A stretch of 64,000 nt of DNA from Cyanophora paradoxa CCMP329 (taxonomy: Eukaryota; Plantae; Glaucophyta), in NCBI GenBank assembly GCA_004431415.1, contig QPMI01000638.1, positions 62,001-126,000 on the forward strand, written 5' to 3'. The position numbers were made by a program, and so were the translations under genes. Shown piece by piece: positions 49,730 to 58,879 of this stretch (its first letter is position 1; each line of letters opens with the position of its first letter). The notes under the pieces are model-generated. The model had not been told where the DNA came from. It saw nothing but the letters and a program-made list of their open reading frames with translations, and did not search any database.

Positions 49730-52700
49730 TCACCAGCCGAGCCAGAGCATGTGGATGTAGTTGACGGAGACGAGGAGGGCCGTCACGATGACCGTGAAGG
49801 GGATCCCTGTCTTCACGTAGTCCTTCACCCGCAGGTACGGCACGCCCCCGTCGTCCTGCGCCCCGCGGAGGCGCGGTCGGCGGCGGGTCGGGCCGGGGCC
49901 GGGGCGGGGGCCGGGGGCCGGGGGCGGACCTCGACCTGGGAGGAGTTGATGTTGGGGAAGGAGGAGACGGGGAGGCCCATGGCCCCCGAGCACATGAAGG
50001 CCGCGCTCATCACCATCAGCCGCGGGTGCCCGATCTTGAGGCCCACCTGGGCCACGATCTGCCGCTCTCTCGTCAGACCCCGCGGCGCGGCGCGGCGGGG
50101 GGCGGGGCGGGGCGGGGCGGGGGCGGACGGGGAGGACGATGAGGGAGGCGGCGGTGTGGGAGATGAAGGTCGTCACGACCATCACGAACGAGTCGAAGGC
50201 CTGCGCGCGTCAGGCGGGGCGGGCCGGGCGGGCCGGGCGGGGGCGGGCGGGCGCACGACGAGGATGAGCCAGGGGGAGAGGCCGCGGACGAGGAGCTGGA
50301 GCTGGCTGGTGACGATGTCGAGGAGGTGGGAGCTCTGGACGGCGGTGCCGAGGGCGATGCCGCCGCCGACGAGGAAGACGACGTTCCAGGGGAGGTTGTT
50401 GAAGTCCTCCTTGGGGAGGACCCCCGTCCCAAAGAAGAGCACCACGGGGATCATCGCGATGACGCCGACGCCGCCGAAGACGCGCTCGACGACGGGGCCC
50501 ATGAACCAGAGGCCGATGGTGGTGAAGGTGACGGCGAGGGTGAAGTAGCCCTGGCCCGTGATCTTCTCCTCGCTGTGGTGGATCGCCGGCACCTCGTCCA
50601 GCTCTGGCACCCTCGTCGGTGGGCGCGCCGCCGGACGGGGGGCTGGCGGGGCGGCGGGGCGCACTGGGGCGGTAGACGGCGAGGAGGAGGAAGTGGCAGA
50701 CGACGGTGAGGATGACGGCGAAGGGCACGGCGACCACCATCCACTGCGGGGCGTCACGCGGGGCGGGCGCGGGGCTTTCGGCGGGGGGCGCACGGCGAGG
50801 AAGGTGATGGGCGGGGCGCCGACGGCGCTGAGCGCCTGCAGCGCGACCGCGTTCTGCGGCGAGGCGATGGGCGTCTGCCGCGGGGTCAGCGGGGTGCACG
50901 GGGCGGGGCGGGGCGGGGGCGGGGCGGGGGCGGGGGCGGGGCGGGGCGGACCACCATGCCGCCGATGTTGCAGGCGTAGGCGATGCCCAGGAGGAGGGCC
51001 TTGAGGTAGGGGCTCTTGCGGGGCAGGTCCGAGAGGATCGGCTGGATGAGGGAGACGCACAGCACCGGCGCCGCCACGTTCGAGATCCTGCGCACGCGTC
51101 GCCGGCGCGGGGCGCGGAGGCGCGGAGGCGGGGAGGCGGGGGCGGGGGGCGGACCACATGGAGAGGAAGACGGCGAGCATCATGATGGTGAACATGACGG
51201 TGCTGGGGTTGGTGCCGGCGCGGTCGAGGACGACGTGCGCGAGGCGCTTGTCGAGGTGGTGCTTCGAGAGGGCCGACGCGATCGTGAAGCCGCCCAGCAC
51301 CAGCATCACCACGGGGTCCATCATCCGCGCCAGGATCGTCTTCGCCGCCACCGCCACCTCCAGCTGCTCCCCGCCCGGGCCCAGCAGCACGCCGGAGAGC
51401 ACCACCAGCACCGGCACCGCGATCGCTGCCCCCCGCAGGCGTCACCCCGGCGAGGGGCGGGGCGGGGCGGGGGGGGCGGACAGGTGACGTAGAGGGGCAT
51501 GGCCTCGAGGGCCCAGAGGGAGGAGACGAGGACGAGGAGGGCGAGGCAGCGGTGCGCCTGCGGGGCCCCCGGCAGCAGCGGCGCCGCGAAGATCGCCCCC
51601 GCCAGCACGAACGAGAGCGCCACCGCCCAGAGCTTCATCGCCCGCGCCTTCCCCGCGTCCCCCGCCACCACGTCCTGCACTGCCCCGCCTGTCGGCCCCG
51701 CCCCGCGAGCCGCCGCGCCGCGGGGCGGGCCGTGGCGGACCCTTGCGCTCGCGGGAGAGCATGTCACGCCAGACGGTGTTGCGCTTCCACTGCATGAGCT
51801 GCGTGAGGTGCTCCGAGAGGGCGTTGCGGGCCTGCGGGGCGTCGGAGGCGGCGGGGCGGGCGGGCGGGGCGGGGCGGGGAGGGGCGGGGAGGGGCGGACG
51901 GCCTCGCGGTCGTTGCCCTCGAAGAGGCGGGCGTACATGTCCTCGAGGTCGGCGGACATCTCCCGCACCGCCGGCGACCGGTGGAAGTACGCGTCCTCCA
52001 CCTGAGGCAGGAACCAGTTCTTCGTCTGCCGCCCGCTCACCTTGTCGTGCTTCTTCAGGATCTGCCGCCCGCCTCGCCCCGCGCCCCGCGCGCGGGGGTG
52101 GGCGCAGGGGGCGCGCGCCTTCTCGAAGCCCGAGTGGTTGAGCTCGCAGTACTTCTGGAGCTCGTTCAGGTCGTGGTAGAGCTCGCTGATCTGGTCCTTC
52201 AGTGGGTGGAACGCCGGCGCCGGCGCGCTCGTCGAGAGGGTCGGGGCCGAGGGCGCCGCCCCCATCGACGTCCGCCGCGCCGAGTTCGCTGACCCCAGCA
52301 CCGGCGTCGGCGGCTTGAACAGCTGCCCTGGGAGATCAGCCGCTGTCGGGGGGAGGGCCCGGGGGGCGCCGGCGCGCCTCGGAGGAGAAGAATTTGATGC
52401 GCTGGTTGAACTCGCGCTCCTTAGCGGTGTAGAAGGCGTTGATCTTCGTGAGCTCGTCCTCCAGCATCTTGAAGAACTGCACCTCCTCGTCCGGCAGCTG
52501 GTCCAGCAGCGGAGTCCGCTCCGTCGCGCCCCGCTCCAGATCTGCGAGCTTACCGTCACAGGCAAGTAGATGCAACTCAGGCATCGAGGACGGCGAACCA
52601 CGAGCGCGTGCGGCGTTCTGCTTGTTTTCCTTCATCTTCTTCGAGATGCGCTTGAGCTGCTTCTTGGCTCCGCTGTAGTTCAAGTATTGCGTGCGCCATT

Positions 52701-52915
52701 CCGGCACCGCGTTGTACTGCGAAGGGAGAAAGGCGAAAGCGATACGCATGCGTCAGAATAGGTATGTACGAGACGTTCGAGGCGATCGGCAGCGAGGGAG
52801 CGGCCGGCTGACCAAGATCTGCTTCGCGAACTGGTGGGGGGGCAAGAGTCAGGGACCATCCCGTCACATGCGCGTACAAGTACATAGGCCGTGTTTGTTA
52901 AATGCACACCTTCAT
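49730..52915 (-). CDS. SPX-domain SLC13/CitMHS phosphate transporter (Pho87/90/91-like)
   Basis: MK|FAKQIL|YNAVPEWRTQYLNYSGAKK, ELTKINAFY, YCELNHSGFEKILKKHDK (SPX domain). The transporter domain shows LWALEAMPLYVT, MWISNVAAPVLC, NIGGM.TPIASPQN, FISHTAASLI, MGLPVSSFPN. Confidence 0.93.
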
Positions 52916-53439
52916 GTTTGGCTGATTGACCCCGAGCTCTAGTTACTCAGCTTCGTTCAGGCGGAAGGCCGATCCGGTGAATAGAGTCCCGACCGATCGC
53001 GGACGCGATGCTAAGCTGTAGTTTCGGCGATCGATTTACGCGCCACAGGCGAGGCCCTGGATGCGGCCGTCAAGGCCACGAGCCAGAAAGATGGGGTATA
53101 CGCCCATCTTTCGCCGCAGGCAACTTTCGCGCGCGCTCACGCCGCCCTCCGAAATGCTCGACTTCCGATAGCAGCGCGACTTCGGAAGACGCGCAGCGAC
53201 TACCGAAACATCTTCAGCCTCGTAGCTGGGCGGCAGTTACCTAGCAACAGTTTCGGAACTTCGGTTTCCAGCCCGGCAGCGCGGCGGGATGATTGAGCAT
53301 AAAGTAACGCACGTGCGTGTCCAAGCCTGCTAAGACAGCGCCGCACCTCGCGCATGTCGCCATGTGTCGAATCAATGGCGCCCTAGTCGGAGCGCGGGCG
53401 TAGCTGGCTGCCGAGCCCTGGATCAGTCCGGAATGTGGG

Positions 53440-55350
53440 GTTGAGAAGAGGCTCGGGCGGGGACATGGGGCCCGCCGCGCAGCTGCTAGCACGTGCAACC
53501 ACCGGGCAGGAGCTCCGTGAGAGTGCGCCCGCGCGTACTGACGGCCGCTCTCTGAAATAGGTTTACCAACACGAGTGGGACGTGGTCTGCGATGCATTCA
53601 TGCGGTTCGCGCTCCGTGCTGCCGGCGCCCAGGCTCGGCGGCCGACGCCCCTGCTGCAGGCGCTTCCCGACGAATAGGCACATGCCGTTCCTGCTGGGCA
53701 CGGAGGTGCTGGAGCAGCGCGTGGACCCCGAGAGGGGCGTCGAGATCCTCGTCCAGTACGTGAGGATTGACATCCAGGCGCCCATGTGGATCAAGCGGTG
53801 CGCGCCCCCCGGGCCGCTGCGCCGCGCGCGGGGGCGGCGGGCCGAGGGGGCGGCAGGATGCTGCACACGTACTCCTTCGTGTTCCACATGACCATCGAGC
53901 GGGACAACGCGAGGCGGGTCATGCGGACGGTCTCCAAGGCGCGCGGGGCGGGGGGCGGGGCCGGGTGGGGCTGGGGCGGGGCGTGAGGGGGCGGGGTTGG
54001 GCGCAGAACGCGACGTTCCCCGGGGCGATGGTGGTGCACGAGGAGACGGTGTTCACGCAGGACGCGGCGAACCCCGCGCACACGCACCTCTCCCAGCGCG
54101 GCTCCCTCGAGGTCCTCAAGCTCCCCGGCGTCGGTCCGCCCCGCCCCGCCCCGCCCCGCCCCGCCGGCCGCGCCCCGAGGCGTGGCGGCGGGGCAGGGCA
54201 CGTGATCGAGAAGTACAGCATGAAGAGCTACACGAAGAACTCGGTCCGCGCCCGCCAGATCGACGAGCTCTTCATCGCCGTCCGCCCCCGCCCCGCCCCG
54301 CCCCGCCCCGCCCCCGCCGCCCCCGCTGCCCCGGCTGCCCGCCGACCCCGACCCCGCAGGAAGTGTACGAGGAGCGGCGGAAGCGGGGCCTGCCGGCGCC
54401 CGAGGGGGCGCGGGCCTCGCCGCAGGCGGCGCTGGCGCTCTCGCGGGACACGTCGCACTACAGCTTCGCGGACCTGGGGCCGGACGCGTCGGCCTCGGCC
54501 GGCCTGCGGGAGATCCCGCACCCGCACCACGCGCACCACGAGGAGATCGAGCCGCCGCACTCGGCCCGCGGCCGCCACGAGCCGGCCGCGCCCATGGTCC
54601 CGGGGGCCCACCCCGGGGGCCGCATGCCGCGGGCGCGGAGCGTGTCCGACCTGCCGGCGGCGGAGGCGGCGCGGGGCGGCGCGGAGACGCTCCTCCCGAG
54701 CAGCAGCGGCAGCGAGCTCTCCGACGGGGCCGCCCCCGGGCGCCCCGGGCGCGAGTCGCCCACCCACAAGCGCCGGCCGAGCACGCCCCAGCGAAGTCCC
54801 TGGATGGCGGGGCGGCCCGGCCCCGCCCCCTCCCTCATCGACCCCATGGGCCGCGAGAGCCTCGAGCTGCCCCCTCCCCTCCACATCTCCCTCCACCCGC
54901 CCTCTCGCGTACGCCGCCCCGCCCCCGCCCCGCCCCCGCGCCTCACGCCGGGCAGGACTCCCCCGTCCGGGCCCTCCCCCGCATCCAAACGCCGACCGGT
55001 CGGAGCCGAGCAGAGGGCCCGTGCGTGGCGCAGCAGCCGGTGTGCGGCTCGTGGGATGCGGTGCGTGACGGGCGCGGCGCAGGGTGCCGGAGAACGTGTT
55101 TGTGAGCCGGCCGTACGTCTTCCGGACGGGGAAGTACCACCTGGAGAAGACCTGCCCCGCCGCCCGACGCGCCAGGTCCAAGCCCGCTGACGTTATTGCC
55201 GCCAAGGCCCGCCCTGCCCCGCCCCGCCCCGCCCCGCCCGCCCAGCCCCGCCCCGCCTGATGGGCGGCGCAGAGCCTGTCGCCGTGCCCCCAGTGCGCCG
55301 GGCACCTCGCTGCCGAGCTCGACGACGCCGTCGTGTATTCTACCCACTGA
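53440..55350 (+). CDS. PRELI/MSF1-domain protein with C-terminal Cys/His motif
   Basis: SSVR|VYQHEWDVVCDAFMR|RFPT...IQAPMWIKR...NATF...VHEETVFTQDAANPAHT...IEKY. The C-terminus reads GKYHLEKTC...SPCPQCA. The start is uncertain. Confidence 0.72.
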
Positions 55351-57613
55351 GCACGCCCCCTCCGCTGCATTCCGCGCCCTCTCCCCGCCCCACCTTACCT
55401 AGCCTTCGATTGCATGGCTTCCCAGTCCCTCGCCCGCATTACTTAACTGACGATAGCTATTGGTTGGGGAAGGACCCCCTTCCCCTTCCCCCACTTGGGG
55501 GTGTTCGGGTGCCCACCCTAGGCCAAAATGAAATGTCCCGACCTCCCAAAACCCGGGTTTTCTCGCCGGATCCTAGGAAGGCATGTCTCTAGGAGTCCGG
55601 AAACATGTTCCGGGAGATCCGGGTCCCGTCGGGTCGACCAGGAATGGGCAATAACACATTTTCACAAAATGCGATCTAGCGCCTCACCAAGTGGCGATAT
55701 ATCTGCCGGACCGAGTGCGCCTGAATGCGCCTGATACGCCCGACGATTCATGTCATACATGCCGAGACCGGAGGGGCAAAGGGTGGTCCGCTAGGCCGCC
55801 TCAAGTACCTGTTGTACCGGACGCCGAAAAAACGCGCTCCTGAGAGTTTCGGCCTATCGTGTTGTAGTACCCGTGCTTTAAGCCGGCAAGCTAGCCGACA
55901 GGCTTGCTAGCTGGCCAACTAGCTGAGCTCCGGCTGTAGGCTTGCTGCAGCTGGCATGGACTTCAGCCGCACGACATCAAGCGCGTGGCGTCCGTCGACA
56001 TCGTACCGGCCGCGGCACGTGCGAATGCGTCTGCGCCCGCCGAGTGCGCGCCGAGGTTCTGCTCTGCTGCATGGATCGTTCGCCCGGGCCGGGCCGCTCG
56101 AGCCTCACTCGCTCGTGCGCGCGCGCCGCGCGCCAGGTACGAACTCGTGCGCTCGCCCCGCGCGCCACCTCCGCCGCGCCGCCCTCTCACTTCCCTTACA
56201 CTTCGAATTCCTCTCGAGCTCACTTCCTCTCACTTCTCACTTCCTCTCGAGCTCACTTGCAGCAGGCGAGACGCAACATCGCATCTGCAGCTGTTCCATC
56301 GGTGCGCATGCTGCACAGCTGTGCTCGTCCGACGGTCGCTTCCTCTGCCGCAGGGGAAGGGTCCGGTACCGGTTGCAATTGCACGACCCATGCTTGCCAC
56401 CCTCAGTCTTGCACCCGCATGCAATCGACCGGGTCGAGCCGCTAGCAAGCATCACACCGCCTCCAATTGCAAGACCTCGGCCTCCGCCTCCGTTGACGGC
56501 GCCGGCGCGCCCGTCCGCCCGCGCGCCTTGCTGCGCTCCTCGTCCGCGCTAATATAAGCGCCTGCCGCTGCGCCTCCGCCCGCGCCAACGCCGGCCGGCA
56601 GCGCGGCCGCCGGGCTCCTCCCGCTCCTCGGGGGCGGAGGCGCAGCGGACGGCAGCGCGGCTCGCCTGGCGGGGCGGAGGCGCGGCGGGCGGCGCGCGGC
56701 GCAGCTCGCCGGGTGGGACGGGAGGCGCTGCGGGCGGCGGAGTGGCTATCCGGGCGGGGCGGAGGCGCGGCGGGCGGCGGCGCGGCGGGCGGCGGCGCGT
56801 CTCGACGGGCAGGGCGGAGGCGCGTTCGCGATCGGGGGCGACGCGGCTCGCAGGGCGGGCGGCTCGCAGGGCGGGGCGCCGCGGCGGAGGCGCGGCGGAC
56901 GGTGGCGCTTCTCAAGATCTAGTCCTCCGCTGAGCTAGATCTAGATCTTGTCCTCCCCCCACCCCCCCCCCCCCCCCCCATGATCGAGCTGCTATCAGAG
57001 TCCACACTATCTCGGCTCAAAGATAACGTGACCAGCTGCAGGGGTGAACTTTCCTGCTCATGATCAACCTTTAGAGGTCCTTCCCCTCCAACAGGGGCAG
57101 TGCAACTGCAGTGTCCCTGTTCCGTTCATATTACTAGTGTGCCTACCGTATTATTCGAATTCGAGCGTGCATACATGCGCGCTGCGCATGCCCGGCCCGT
57201 ATACGTACGAACGACCGGAAGAGGCCGAAGAGCTGAAGAGGGTTCGCGCTCGGGCCATTTTCAGCAGATTCGATCAATCGTTCATGACCTGCCTTGCAGG
57301 ACGTCCAGCGTGCCAAGGCAGACCTTCGACGGAAGAGTCTCGTGCTCGATTGATCGTGTTCTGCCGGCGTGCTTTTTCCGCAAGCTCGTTATCCCTTCTG
57401 TCGTGTAGTAGTATTTAAAAAAACAGAGCAGCTGCAGTCGTTGCGTTGAGCCCAGTGCCCACCCACATTGAACGTGGCTCGGCTAGCTACGGCTTGAGCG
57501 CTAGTGCTAGCTACATGCATAGCTATAGCTATAGCTGCCAAATATATTGTGCATATCATAGTGAACATACAAAGCACAAAACTGCCATTTACTTGCAGGG
57601 GAGCGGTGGTCCC

Positions 57614-57889
57614 GAATCAGAGTTGCGATTACGATCGGAATCAGAGTTGCGATTACGATCGGAATCAGAGTTGCGATTACGATCGGAATCAGAGTTGCGA
57701 TTACGATCGGAATCAGAGTTGCGATTACGATCGGAATCAGAGTTGCGATTACGATCGGAATCAGAGTTGCGATTACGATCGGAATCAGAGTTGCGATTAC
57801 GATCGGAATCAGAGTTGCGATTACGATCGGAATCAGAGTTGCGATTACGATCGGAATCAGAGTTGCGATTACGATCGGAATCAGAGTTG
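57614..57889 (+). repeat. Perfect 24-bp tandem array (GAATCAGAGTTGCGATTACGATCG) x11 plus a 12-nt partial copy
   Basis: Identical units start every 24 nt from 57614 to 57878, with no spacers. Confidence 0.98.
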
Positions 57890-57915
57890 AGAATTCCGCT
57901 CACTTTCCCCTGCAG

Positions 57916-58459
57916 GTCGCCCGCAAGGGGCGGGCGATGCTCCCGTGGGTGGCGCGTCAGGCTCTCGACTGCCGCCACTACGAGTACGCTGGTCTTGCGT
58001 TTCGACCCCCTCTGCCACGCGGTCTTGATGCTTATTTTGCGCAGGTTCCGGCAGCTCATGCAGCACGCCGTCCGGCGGCACCCCAAGGACGAGGACCCGC
58101 CGTGCACGCTCCAGCTCGTCTGCGAGGCCTGGACCTCGAAGACGTGCGGGGTGTGCGGCAAGATCAACTACGGGCTCGGCTCGAAGAGGGTCTTCGAGTG
58201 CCGCCCCGGGTGCGGCTTCCGGGCGGACCGCGACGGCGGCGCCGCGCGGTGCGTGTTGTGTCTATACACGCCTATACACAATCGCTGCTCCCCCCGCCTA
58301 GTCCCGACACGGCCTAGCCACGGCATAATTTTCCGTCTAGGCCTAGGGCCGGCTCGCCCTCCCAGCGCCGCCCGATCGCAATCGTAATCGTACTCTTGCA
58401 GGAGCATCTTCATCCGCTACGGCACCGGCGTGGACGCGAAGCGCCTGCTCGGCTCGTAG
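57916..58459 (+). mobile_element. Fanzor/TnpB-family nuclease, C-terminal half, split by two spliceosomal introns
   Basis: Exons 57916-57983, 58045-58248 and 58402-58459 splice in frame to VARKGRAMLPWVARQALDCRHYEFRQLMQHAVRR...LQLVCEAWTSKTCGVCGKINYGLGSKRVFECRPGCGFRADRDGGAARSIFIRY...*. This contains HYxFR, ExxTSKTCxxC, the second Zn pair and the RuvC-III DRD..AAR.I motif. Confidence 0.82.
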
Positions 58460-58469
58460 CTATAGCTAG

Positions 58470-58715
58470 CGCTAGGCTCCGATCCCCTTTTCTCCATCAG
58501 GGCACCAGTCCCTGCGGGTTACGCTCTCATCCCTAACAGCACGGGTACAGTTAAAGCGCTGAGGTAGGAGGTCCGGCCGCGCCCGTAGCTTAGAAAGAGA
58601 ATTCGAGTCGGTTCGACGGAATTGTCGCGAGAAGTCGAGATCTAGAGGGGTAGTGGCGCAGGCGTGCTTAACCCCAAAGTCCGCCGGAGCTTGAAGCGCG
58701 CGGATCGGAGCAGCT
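58470..58715 (+). ncRNA. Candidate Fanzor omega-RNA scaffold / element right end
   Basis: Lies immediately 3' of the nuclease stop. A 10-bp closing stem GCTCCGATCC (58476-85) / GGATCGGAGC (58702-11) encloses CAGGG/CCCTG, GGGTTACGC/GCGT..AACCC and ACGGG/CCCGT helices. Confidence 0.4.
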
Positions 58716-58879
58716 GCGACGATCGATCAGCCAGCGTGCGTACGCGTGCACCGAGGCTCGAGGAGCAGACCTAGAGGCGCGACGCGTACAATCAGGCACC
58801 GGCACAGGGCGCGATTTTCGCTACGTCACGTCGATGCTACCGTCTTCCTAGAGCCCGTAGAGCGCTTTCGAGCGTCGAG

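Noticed and set aside
34351-52915. Phosphate-regulon cluster (PHO80-like cyclin + SPX transporter)
   Set aside because: The genes are 14 kb apart with five unrelated genes between them, so there is no evidence beyond coincidence.
55610-55655. RuvC-I 'DPG' motif for the Fanzor
   Set aside because: The context VPGDPGPVGSTRNGQ* lacks the preceding hydrophobic strand and hits a stop.
57614-57889. CRISPR array
   Set aside because: The units are contiguous and identical with no unique spacers, there are no cas1/cas2 genes, and the context is eukaryotic.
57446-58387. 313-aa ORF fusing (SESELRLR)n to a zinc finger
   Set aside because: It reads through apparent introns. The spliced model restores the conserved HYEFR and AARSIF motifs better.
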